Assembly: GCA_031255285.1 (NCBI GenBank)
Contig: JAIRSU010000089.1
Coordinates: 1 to 54,302 of the forward strand
Source of the DNA: Treponema sp.
GTDB taxonomy: Bacteria; Spirochaetota; Spirochaetia; Treponematales; Breznakiellaceae
Direction of reading: 5' to 3'
Length of the DNA stretch: 54,302 nucleotides
Positions within the stretch are counted from its first letter, which is position 1, and every line of letters starts with the position of its first letter. The notes beneath the pieces are model-generated. The model saw nothing but the letters and a program-made list of their open reading frames with translations, was not told the origin of the DNA and made no database searches. The translations under genes and the position numbers were made by a program. Below are positions 1 through 7,912 of this stretch, piece after piece.

Positions 1-102
1 GGGCTTGCCGCCGCCCCTCAATGCATCTCAAGCGGGCGGGCGTGAGCGCGCCTTTTGTCTGAGGCGCTATGCGATATGGTGTATATCTGTACCTACATTT
101 AC

Positions 103-114
103 GGGGGGGGGGGG
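103..114. repeat. G12 homopolymer tract (C12 on minus strand) in non-coding DNA at the left window edge
   Basis: Direct read: ac-GGGGGGGGGGGG-ta, 12 consecutive G in a ~50% GC sequence. Confidence 0.95.
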
Positions 115-230
115 TAGAACCACTCGTATTGCCTGCGCAATCCGAGTCAGCGAGTGTATAGTTTGTCGAACCCTTCCAGTTCTGTTTCATCATGCGTCTA
201 TTATATAGGCATATCACAGAAATTGCAAGG

Positions 231-257
231 AGATTCTCGACGAATCTTTCTTTTTTT
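231..257 (+). terminator. Intrinsic-terminator-like hairpin plus T-run
   Basis: Stem AGATTC (231-236) / GAATCT (242-247), loop TCGAC, followed by TTCTTTTTTTC. Orientation fits a plus-strand transcript entering from the left. It lies 64 nt beyond the proA stop on the other strand. Confidence 0.5.
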
Positions 258-320
258 CAAAAAATATGCGCCTCACACAGGAGATGAGCGGATACCACAC
301 GCAGAGCGCTTGCTGTGAGT

Positions 321-1574
321 TTAACGGCTCCTCACTTGTCCATTCCCAACGATTCTGTATTTTATCGTCGTCAGTACATCGAGCCCCATGGGACCGCGCG
401 CGTGAAATTTCTGTGTGCTAATGCCTAGTTCCGCGCCGAAACCGAACTCGCCGCCGTCCGTGAACCGTGTGGACGCATTGGTATATACGCATGCGGCGTC
501 CACTTTATCAAAGAACTCCTCCGCATTCCTAAGGTCATTGGTGAGTATGGCTTCCGAATGTCGGGTACCGTAACGATTGACGTGGGCTATAGCTTCGTCA
601 AGATTGGTAACTGTCTTGACTGCAAGAATGTTATCCAAGAACTCAGCCTCCCAATCAGATTCTTCGGCCGGCTTGACCAGTATCTTCGGGGAAATATCTC
701 CCAACGCGGCGCGTGAGAAATCATCGCAACGGAGCTCGCATCTGCCTCCTAACCGTTTTGCAAGCACAGGCAGCAATTTCGCTGCCGCGTCTTTATGCAC
801 GAGGAGCGTCTCTACCGCATTGCACGCTCCTGGTTTCTGCAACTTGGCGTTTTCTACGATGGAAACGGCTTTCTCTATGTCCGCCGAAGCATCAACGAAG
901 ATATGACAGTTACCCTCTCCTGTCTCAATAACCGGAACGCGGGCATTGCGGACGACCCGTTGGATTAACTCTCGCCGCCCGCGGGGGATGGCTGCATCAA
1001 TAAAACCCCGTGCGCTGATTATTTCGTCAACCTCGCCGCGGTCGCCTGAGTCCGCAAGCGCAAGTGCTTGAACCTCGCCCCCGCCTACTGAAAGCCCTTC
1101 TTTTATTGCGGTTGTGAGCGCCTGATTTGATTCGAGCGCGGCGGACGATCCGCGTAACAATGCGGCGCACCCGGCTTTATATGCCAGAGCGAAAGCGTCT
1201 ACCGTAACATTAGGACGAGACTCATAAATAATCGCAATAACGCCCAGCGGTACGGTTATCCGCTCAATGAACAGTCCGTTGGGCGTACGCCAGCCTGCAA
1301 TCGTCTTGCCGATGGGGTCGTCGAGGCGGATAATGGACTCCACCCCCTGAATGACGCCGTCAATACGCGCATGATTAAGCGAAAGCCTGTCGACAAGGCT
1401 TTCCTTCATCCCACGGCTCCGCGCCTTCTCTACGTCTTTCTCATTCGCCGCAAGTATGGAAACCCGTTGTCCATCTATCGCGCCGCATACGGCTTTGAGC
1501 GCTGAGTCCTTCTGTTCCCGGGTTGCGTTTGCGAGCCGCGTCTGCGCTGTTTTTAGCAGGGTGAAATCTATCAT
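321..1574 (-). CDS. proA: Gamma-glutamyl phosphate reductase
   Basis: 417-aa ORF with full-length aldehyde-dehydrogenase-fold ProA pattern (N-terminal ...REQKDSALKAV...ANEKDV; IYESRPNVTVDA; catalytic-Cys block GACNAVETLLVH). Confidence 0.93.
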   Translation of the reverse strand: MIDFTLLKTAQTRLANATREQKDSALKAVCGAIDGQRVSILAANEKDVEKARSRGMKESLVDRLSLNHARIDGVIQGVESIIRLDDPIGKTIAGWRTPNGLFIERITVPLGVIAIIYESRPNVTVDAFALAYKAGCAALLRGSSAALESNQALTTAIKEGLSVGGGEVQALALADSGDRGEVDEIISARGFIDAAIPRGRRELIQRVVRNARVPVIETGEGNCHIFVDASADIEKAVSIVENAKLQKPGACNAVETLLVHKDAAAKLLPVLAKRLGGRCELRCDDFSRAALGDISPKILVKPAEESDWEAEFLDNILAVKTVTNLDEAIAHVNRYGTRHSEAILTNDLRNAEEFFDKVDAACVYTNASTRFTDGGEFGFGAELGISTQKFHARGPMGLDVLTTIKYRIVGNGQVRSR

Positions 1575-3377
1575 TTATACGCTTCCTTCGTAAATGATGC
1601 GCTCATATCCGTCGACTGTTACGATGATGTTGTCTTCAAAGAGCTTCATGCCGTCTGTAACTTGTCCCACAAAGGTGAGTCTGGGGTTGACGTTGTGCAG
1701 GGTTTCACGGGACAGCTCTGAAGCGCCTTCCAGTATAAGCGCGTCCACAAGGCGCAGAATGGGGATAAAGGCTTTATCTAAGGTATGTGTAAGGAGAACT
1801 TCGCTTCCGCTAGGCCTCCCCCGCAGGAGCGCGGCGGCGGTTTCAGCAGAATGAGCCTTGAGGATGCGCCCGGTAATACGCGGTCCAAAGCCGCGCGATC
1901 CATATCCTAGTATGCTCCCTATAACATGGACGCGGATACTGTTCGTGGCTATCGGTGAATTGACGGGCAGTCCAGCCGCGACCACCACCTTATCCGCGCT
2001 TTTGGCGAATCCGCCTTTTATCGCCGCAGCGATGACGCCTTGTATCATAGCTTCGGAGTCGTCCTCCTTTCGTACCGCAACCGGCGCAACACCCCAGTAA
2101 AGCAGAAGTCGTCTTCGCACCTTCTCGCAGCTGGAAGCCCCTACAATGGGACGCTGAGGGCGGCATTTACTCACTAATTGGGCGGTGTGCCCACTCATTG
2201 TGGGGGTGATGATGCACGCCGCATCAATGCTGTCCGCAGTCAGCGCCGCGGAGCGGGCTATCACTTGCCCGATTTCAGACTCGGTCGGACGATGCTGTCT
2301 GTGATAGTCGAGAGTTGCGGAGTAGGCTTCGGAGACTTCTACGGTACGGGCTATTCTGTCCATCATCTCAACGGCAAGCTCTGGATACGCGCCGTTGGCG
2401 GTTTCGCCTGAGAGCATCACGCAGTCCGCACCGTCTAGTATGGCGTTAGCCACATCGCCGGCTTCCGCGCGCGTGGGACGGGGGTTGCGTATCATGGAAT
2501 CGAGCATCTGAGTCGCAGTGATCACCGGTTTACCTTCACGGTTGCACAAGCCGATGATGCGCTTCTGCGCCAGCGGGACCTGTTCAGGCGGTATCTGTAC
2601 GCCCAAATCCCCCCGTGCCACCATAATCCCAGCCGATACGCGGATGATTTCCTCGATGTTGGAAAGCCCTTCGTCGTCTTCGATTTTGGAAATGACCTTC
2701 ATATCCGAGCCTATGGACGCGAGGAATTTCTGTATCGTCGTAACGTCTGAAGCTTTGCGTATAAACGACGCCGCGACATAATCCATGTCTTGTTCATGCC
2801 CAAACTGCAGATCTTCCTTGTCCTTTTCCGACATAGCGGGCAACTTGGTATGCACACCCAGAATGTTGACGTTTTTCCGCGTTCCGAGTTCGCCGCCCGC
2901 TAGCACCGTACATTTCATCACACGCCCGTCAATCGCGTCCACTACGAGCGATAACAAGCCGTCCGCAATGAGAATATGCGCCCCTATCTTTATATCGTCA
3001 ATGAGCTGCGTATAGCTCATGACGATGCGTCCCTTTTGGGTAAACGCACCATCATCGCCGAAGCGTTGAATCGAGTCCACCTCGGCGATGACGTCTATAT
3101 GTTCTCCGTCTTCAAGAAGTATCTCGCCTCCGTCTTTAATGACGCCAGTTCTGATTTCAGGACCTCTGGTATCCAGAAGCAGTGCAATAGGAACTTCTTC
3201 GGCCGCGGCCGCTTCCCTGACCATAGCTATACGCCCTGCGTGTTCTCCATGACTGCCGTGAGAGAAATTGAACCGTGCTATATTCATGCCATTCCGTATC
3301 AGGGAACGCGCACGTTCAACCGAATCCACAGACGGACCCATTGTACAAATGATATGGGTATTCCGTATTCTTTTCAT
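1575..3377 (-). CDS. pyk: Pyruvate kinase with extra C-terminal PEP-utilizer-like mobile domain
   Basis: 600-aa ORF with THIICTMGPS, NIARFNFSHG, LLDTRGPEIRTG and MVARGDLGVQIP motifs. About 120 aa lie beyond the normal C-domain. Strong SD (AAGGAGGT) upstream of the ATG at 3377. Confidence 0.93.
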   Translation of the reverse strand: MKRIRNTHIICTMGPSVDSVERARSLIRNGMNIARFNFSHGSHGEHAGRIAMVREAAAAEEVPIALLLDTRGPEIRTGVIKDGGEILLEDGEHIDVIAEVDSIQRFGDDGAFTQKGRIVMSYTQLIDDIKIGAHILIADGLLSLVVDAIDGRVMKCTVLAGGELGTRKNVNILGVHTKLPAMSEKDKEDLQFGHEQDMDYVAASFIRKASDVTTIQKFLASIGSDMKVISKIEDDEGLSNIEEIIRVSAGIMVARGDLGVQIPPEQVPLAQKRIIGLCNREGKPVITATQMLDSMIRNPRPTRAEAGDVANAILDGADCVMLSGETANGAYPELAVEMMDRIARTVEVSEAYSATLDYHRQHRPTESEIGQVIARSAALTADSIDAACIITPTMSGHTAQLVSKCRPQRPIVGASSCEKVRRRLLLYWGVAPVAVRKEDDSEAMIQGVIAAAIKGGFAKSADKVVVAAGLPVNSPIATNSIRVHVIGSILGYGSRGFGPRITGRILKAHSAETAAALLRGRPSGSEVLLTHTLDKAFIPILRLVDALILEGASELSRETLHNVNPRLTFVGQVTDGMKLFEDNIIVTVDGYERIIYEGSV

Positions 3378-3391
3378 AGTTACCTCCTTGT

Positions 3392-4861
3392 CTATTTGAC
3401 TCGCTCTTCCTTTATTTTTCTGTTTCCTTCCCAGACGGCGCGTAATACGACCTTGCCGTCCAGATAAATCTCTTCTATTTCTTGGTCTCCGCTCTTTCTC
3501 ACTGTCCGTTCAAGCACACCGTTATTGTAATTCTTTTCCAATACACGGTCACCGGCAGAATTGTACTCGTATTCAACTCGTCTTTCCTCCACGACTTCCC
3601 CCCGCTTTTCCGGCTTGTCCTCGACGATTTCGGCTGATTCTTCTGCGTCTGCGTCTTTGGGCTTCTCGAAAAACTGCTGTTCAACAACAGAAATTCTATC
3701 GCCCGCCCAAGTATTCTTCGTCTCAACGAGTATACTGCCGCTCTCGCCGCGCTGAGTTTCCGACAACACACGCCCTCTGCTGTCAGTGGTATAAAGCGTA
3801 TTGGAGACCGGACCATCCTCCGCCAGGAAGTTGGAACGGTTTATAGGCGCAGCCTTGACGAAACTGGTATCTATCTCCTGCCGCAGTTTAACAGGCGGAA
3901 ACACGACATGGAATTGTCCGAACTCAGGCCTGCCCTTCTGAAAGACCCGCTCGACCGCACGGAGAGAAGCGGATATTGAATAACGGTAATAATCGGTGTA
4001 GACCGTTGTTTCCACGGTTTCAAATTCAGGTTCAGGTGCAGGCGTCTGCGCTTCGGCGGATTCAGAGTCCACATCGTCTGGGAGACTCTCTTCAGCCTCC
4101 GATACGGAAGCCAGTATTTCGGCAGATTCAGAGCCCATATCGTCTGGGGAACCCTCTTCAGCTTCTGATACGGGAGCCTGTGCTTCGGCAGATTCAGAGC
4201 CCGCATCGTCTGGAGGTCTCTCTTTTTCTCTTTTTTCCCATATCCGCGTTTCGGTCCGCACAAGCGTCTGTCCTTTGTAGAAGTATTTGATGAGAGTCTC
4301 CTTCTCGTCAAAGAGGCGTTCCTCTTCGATGAAGCCGCTTTCGTTATATCGCTCAATGAAGGCGACAGACGGCGCCGCGTTTTGCTCAATAACCATGGCC
4401 GCGATGACAGCACCCCTGCCTTTCTCATCACGGAAAACCCACTGTTCCCTGATAGGTTTGCCATTTTCAAAAAGCATACGGAAGTCTATCTTGAGCGCGG
4501 GGTTGTAATACGGGGTAAGGGCTGGGGGGAGTCTGTCTGCGTCGACAACCGCAAGCGCAAGGCAATTCTTGCTCCGCAACGCTACAATCCGAGAAGGTGC
4601 GGGAGAGACGGCCATGCCCGCCGAGTTGGATATGTACCACACAGCCTGCGCCGGTGGTTTCGGCGCCGCTTTTAGCTTTGGTTTATCCTCTTCGGCATGA
4701 ACGCGGGGAATGACAAACAGCAGGGAGAATATGACAAAGGGGAGGCGGAGGAGCGGGTTTATGAGAAAATTCTGGAACAGGCTTTTAGACCGAAGCCCTG
4801 TTCCTTGTTTACTACAGACCGACAAACGTTCTTGCATAGGCTTTCGGGTTAAAGGGCGCAA
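3392..4861 (-). CDS. Secreted hypothetical protein with acidic 22-aa tandem repeats
   Basis: Long ORF with a signal-like segment LLRLPFVIFSLLFVIPRVHA-EEDK and an internal repeat PDD.GSESAE....SEAEE. The start is uncertain: ATG 4861, ATG 4837 and TTG 4825 all overlap the ftsY stop at 4812. Confidence 0.7.
   Translation of the reverse strand: MRPLTRKPMQERLSVCSKQGTGLRSKSLFQNFLINPLLRLPFVIFSLLFVIPRVHAEEDKPKLKAAPKPPAQAVWYISNSAGMAVSPAPSRIVALRSKNCLALAVVDADRLPPALTPYYNPALKIDFRMLFENGKPIREQWVFRDEKGRGAVIAAMVIEQNAAPSVAFIERYNESGFIEEERLFDEKETLIKYFYKGQTLVRTETRIWEKREKERPPDDAGSESAEAQAPVSEAEEGSPDDMGSESAEILASVSEAEESLPDDVDSESAEAQTPAPEPEFETVETTVYTDYYRYSISASLRAVERVFQKGRPEFGQFHVVFPPVKLRQEIDTSFVKAAPINRSNFLAEDGPVSNTLYTTDSRGRVLSETQRGESGSILVETKNTWAGDRISVVEQQFFEKPKDADAEESAEIVEDKPEKRGEVVEERRVEYEYNSAGDRVLEKNYNNGVLERTVRKSGDQEIEEIYLDGKVVLRAVWEGNRKIKEERVK
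4047..4218 (-). repeat. Intragenic 66-bp (22-aa) tandem repeat, about 2.6 copies
   Basis: TCGGC(G/A)GATTCAGAG recurs at 4053, 4119 and 4185, an exact 66-nt period. Confidence 0.9.
4774..4804 (-). other. 8-bp-stem hairpin immediately downstream of the ftsY stop, inside the 5' end of the next ORF
   Basis: GGAACAGG (4774-4781) pairs with CCTGTTCC (4797-4804) across a 15-nt loop. The core resembles the dispersed ACAGG...CCTGT hairpins elsewhere in the window. Confidence 0.5.
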
Positions 4862-5666
4862 TGTCGCCGTATTTTTCGCCGCTGCACACGAAAACGACTG
4901 GTAACTTGAGGGAGGATGAGAGAGAGAATATCGCGCCGCCTTTGGCGCTTGAGTCGGCTTTGGTGAGAACTACTCCGCCGACCGCGACAGCCTCTTTGAA
5001 GACTTCGGCTTGAGACACGGCGTTTCTGCCTGTCGTTGCGTCGAGCGCAAGCCATTTTAGGTATTGAGCGTTAGGCGCTTTTGATTCCACAACTCGGTCT
5101 ATTTTCTTGAGTTCTTCGACCAAGGCGGACTTCGTGTGCATACGACCCGCAGTATCCGCGATGACAATGCCTGTTCCGGCTGCGGCTTCTATCGCATCAT
5201 AGATAACCGCGGCCGGATTGCCACCGCGTTGGTGCGCGACGACTCGGACGCCGAGCCTTTCTCCGTGTATCTTGAGCTGGTCTATGGCTGCAGCGCGGAA
5301 CGTATCGGCTGCGGCAAGCACAGGCGTCTTTCCTTTATCAAGACACATATGGGCAAGCTTTGCTGCGGTTGTCGTCTTCCCTACGCCGTTTATACCGAGC
5401 AAAAGGATGACGGTACCAGATTGGAAGTTCGGCGCCTGAGGTGCGATGAGTATATCTTCAAGCATGGCCGCCAATCTTTGTCTAACCGTTTCGCCGTCGC
5501 CAATACGCTCTTTCTTGCATACTGTTTCCAAGTCTTCGGTGATTTTAAAGGCTTCGGCAGATCCAAAGTCGCCTTCTACTAATACATCCGCAAGTTCTTC
5601 AAACAATTCTGCGGAGACTGTTTTTCTGATTCCAAAGAAATTCTTTAATTTTTCGGTAAACGTCAT
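4812..5666 (-). CDS. ftsY: Signal recognition particle receptor FtsY (short form)
   Basis: 284 aa with SRP-GTPase motifs GINGVGKTTTAAKLA, DTAGR and TKADSSAKGG. Confidence 0.93.
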   Translation of the reverse strand: MTFTEKLKNFFGIRKTVSAELFEELADVLVEGDFGSAEAFKITEDLETVCKKERIGDGETVRQRLAAMLEDILIAPQAPNFQSGTVILLLGINGVGKTTTAAKLAHMCLDKGKTPVLAAADTFRAAAIDQLKIHGERLGVRVVAHQRGGNPAAVIYDAIEAAAGTGIVIADTAGRMHTKSALVEELKKIDRVVESKAPNAQYLKWLALDATTGRNAVSQAEVFKEAVAVGGVVLTKADSSAKGGAIFSLSSSLKLPVVFVCSGEKYGDIAPFNPKAYARTFVGL

Positions 5667-5674
5667 TATTCTTA

Positions 5675-5703
5675 ATGATATGATAGATTTCGGTTTTATT
5701 CAA
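5675..5703 (-). promoter_or_regulatory. Sigma70-type promoter abutting the ftsY ATG (leaderless geometry)
   Basis: Minus-sense TTGAAT-17 nt-TATCAT-8 nt-ATG, with no SD in between. Confidence 0.5.
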
Positions 5704-5756
5704 GCGTACCGTTTTTACGAAAAAGCGTCGTAAAGCCTTTCGTTTTAGGCATTGTT

Positions 5757-5845
5757 TAACAGGCAAAGCCTGTCGAGGGCAGCGGAACACCTTTTCGGAC
5801 GACATCCCCTGCGAAGTCGTAGGGCAGACAAAGTCTGCGGGAGTC
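5757..5845 (+). repeat. Dispersed intergenic repeat, copy A (two covarying hairpins)
   Basis: Contains ACAGGCAAAGCCTGT (5759-5773) and CAGACAAAGTCTG (5825-5837). The block CTTTTCGGACGACATCCCCTGCGAAGTCGTAGGGCAGACAAAGTCTGCGGGAG aligns with copies at 24504-24560 and 52381-52422 (minus strand). Confidence 0.75.
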
Positions 5846-5942
5846 ACAGTCGAGAGATGCTGAAGTCACGATCGAAGCCTGCCGGTGGCAATCCTAGTAT
5901 AGAGCGGGCGGTGAAAGTGCAGGTACCAGATACCCATGCCCC

Positions 5943-6703
5943 TTATTGTGCCGCGTCCGTAATCAGGGCCGCTTTGTGATTATTGCCGTATACGTGTAAG
6001 TGGCATCCGTCGGGGTCTTCTCGCCCACACCCCATGCAGAGGTATACCAGAGACCGCGCCTGCGGGAACAGAGACTGTGATGGTACCAGAGGAGACTGTC
6101 CCATTGAAGATATTGTAACCTATGGGCGGTGGTGCCGCGGGCAAGCTCACGCTCGTAAGATTCTTGCAATACCGGAACACATAGGTGCCGACGGTCTCAA
6201 CGCCTGTGCCCTTTATGGACTCAAGGCTGGTGAAAGCTTTGAACGTGGGATACTCTCATGTTCAAAGCTTTATGCTTTTCACCGCATCGGGCAGTATCAA
6301 CGCGGTTACTTTATCCGCGCCCACGGCTTCTGTCCCGGGTAAAACTCAGTCCCGCCCATTGTACCGCGGAAAGGTCCAGTACAGCATACTTGCCGGGCAC
6401 ACGAATCACGGCGAGCAGAGCCTCCCAGCCGTCATCCGCAAGATCAGCGTTTATGGATAGTTGAACAGGGTCGTCCACCGTAGCTCTGCCGTCCGTCTTC
6501 GCAAGGCAGTCCGCAACGTCATTCACGGTAACGCTGAAGTCCACAGTCTTGCCGTGCACCGTAACGATCAGAGTCTGCTGTCCTACGTGGTCAGCGTCAT
6601 AGCCCGTTACGTTGGATGCACTCATGGTCTCCATCTTGGTCGTCCCGTCTGAATAGGTCCCTGTTACCACCAGCCCGGTCAAGCCCAGAGCTTCACTTTC
6701 CAT
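5943..6703 (-). pseudogene. Decayed BspA-type leucine-rich-repeat / Ig-like surface protein gene
   Basis: Three different minus frames carry successive parts of one protein. These are an Ig-like segment (LTGLVVTGTYSDGTTK...TLIVTVHGKTVDFSVTV), an LRR segment (FKAFTSLESIKGTGVETVGTYVFRYCKNLTSVSLPAA...) and a C-terminal tail (YTSAWGV... / GNNHKAALITDAAQ*). A stop codon lies just upstream of the Ig-like segment, so the N-terminus is missing. Confidence 0.75.
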
Positions 6704-6774
6704 GACGGTTTTCCCCGCCTGTAGCTAATATCCTCAACGGTACGCGTGGAAACAAAACGCATAAGGGAAGCTGA

Positions 6775-7254
6775 CCGAATCTTCATTTCATCGCGACAGA
6801 TGCCGACATCCTTATCATTGACGATATGATAACAAACCTGAAGGTCGCTGAAGGGTTTATGGCGACAGTCGGTATGAAGAGCATATCTAACTGGGCAAAG
6901 AGTCTTGAGATCACCACGAAGGAAGCTGCGGTAAAGCAGGAAGTTCCGTTCTACCTTGTCAATGAGAAATTTAAGATACTGCTTACTGTATGTATCATCT
7001 CTAATACCACGGAGATTGACGCGGTTCTGGGCGAACTGAAAAAAGTTTGTATAAGTGGGGAATACGCCAAGAAACGAGATGTCTCATTCATGGCTGTCTG
7101 CTCTTTCATTGAAAATTATGACTATGATTCAGCCGTGCAAGAGATGGAGAACTTCTTGGGACAGTTATCAGCCGCTGACACTATGAGCAGGATAAATCTG
7201 TGTTCGAATTGTAAGAATATGCTTGACTATTCTGTATTCACCATATATCATTAA
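6775..7254 (+). pseudogene. Remnant of a receiver-domain (hybrid kinase/response regulator) gene
   Basis: The in-frame sequence ADILIIDDMITNLKVAEGFM matches the beta1-alpha1 signature of REC domains. It is preceded by a stop codon and followed by non-REC sequence. No SD or promoter was seen. Confidence 0.4.
7223..7251 (+). promoter_or_regulatory. Putative promoter of the TerD pair
   Basis: TTGACT (7223-7228)-17 nt-TATCAT (7246-7251). Confidence 0.5.
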
Positions 7255-7257
7255 GTG

Positions 7258-7282
7258 TCTGTTGTATATATATTCAAACAGA
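7258..7282 (+). promoter_or_regulatory. 25-bp near-palindrome (candidate operator) between promoter and terD SD
   Basis: TCTGTTGTATATATATTCAAACAGA: arms TCTGTT/AACAGA around an AT-alternating core. Confidence 0.4.
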
Positions 7283-7312
7283 TGACCTATTTGGAAATAA
7301 AGGAGAGAAGAA

Positions 7313-7891
7313 ATGGCAGTTAGTTTATCAAAAGGACAGAAAGTCGATTTGACGAAGGGGCATCCTAATCTGTCCAAACTGACGGTTGGACTCGGATGGG
7401 ACACGAACAAGTACGACGGCGGAGCGGACTTTGACCTTGATGCCTCGGCGTTTCTGCTCGGAGACAGCGGGAAGGTCCGTAGCGACACCGATTTCGTGTT
7501 CTATAACCAACCCAAACATCCAAGCGGGAGTGTTTATTCCACTGGTGATAACCGTACTGGTGCAGGTGAAGGCGACGATGAACAAATCAAGGTTGATTTG
7601 CAGAAAATCCCCGCGGACGTGATGAAAGTTGCATTCACCGTAACTATCCACGAGGCGCAGGCGCGGAAGCAAAACTTCGGGCAGGTCAGTAACGCGTACA
7701 TCCGCGTCTTGGACGACGTGAATAATACCGAGCTTATACGTTACGATTTGGGCGAGGACTTTTCCGTAGAAACAGCGGTTGTCGTTGCAGAAATCTACCG
7801 TGCCGGCACGGAATGGAAGTTCAACGCCATCGGAAGCGGCTTCGAAGGCGGACTCGCGGCGCTTTGTAACAACTTTGGAATTCAAGCTTGA
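7313..7891 (+). CDS. terD: TerD-family stress/tellurite-resistance protein, paralogue 1
   Basis: 192 aa, colinear with plasmid TerD (MAVSLSKG...GLGWD...[11 protein letters not shown]...[15 protein letters not shown]...[18 protein letters not shown]). SD is AAGGAGAG. Confidence 0.92.
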   Translation: MAVSLSKGQKVDLTKGHPNLSKLTVGLGWDTNKYDGGADFDLDASAFLLGDSGKVRSDTDFVFYNQPKHPSGSVYSTGDNRTGAGEGDDEQIKVDLQKIPADVMKVAFTVTIHEAQARKQNFGQVSNAYIRVLDDVNNTELIRYDLGEDFSVETAVVVAEIYRAGTEWKFNAIGSGFEGGLAALCNNFGIQA

Positions 7892-7912
7892 TTTGTAAAG
7901 AGGAGGAAATTT

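Noticed and set aside
5-208. 67-aa plus-strand ORF crossing the G12 tract
   Set aside because: Arg/Cys-rich nonsense-like sequence with no SD. It owes its length to GC-rich repeat-like DNA.
5752-5979. ORFs running through dispersed-repeat copies (5752-5979 +, 24318-24659 +)
   Set aside because: Homologous nucleotide blocks of copies A and C fall in the same frame but give dissimilar peptides, and copy B is offset by one nt, so no peptide is conserved. The conservation is in the hairpin structure, not in amino acids.
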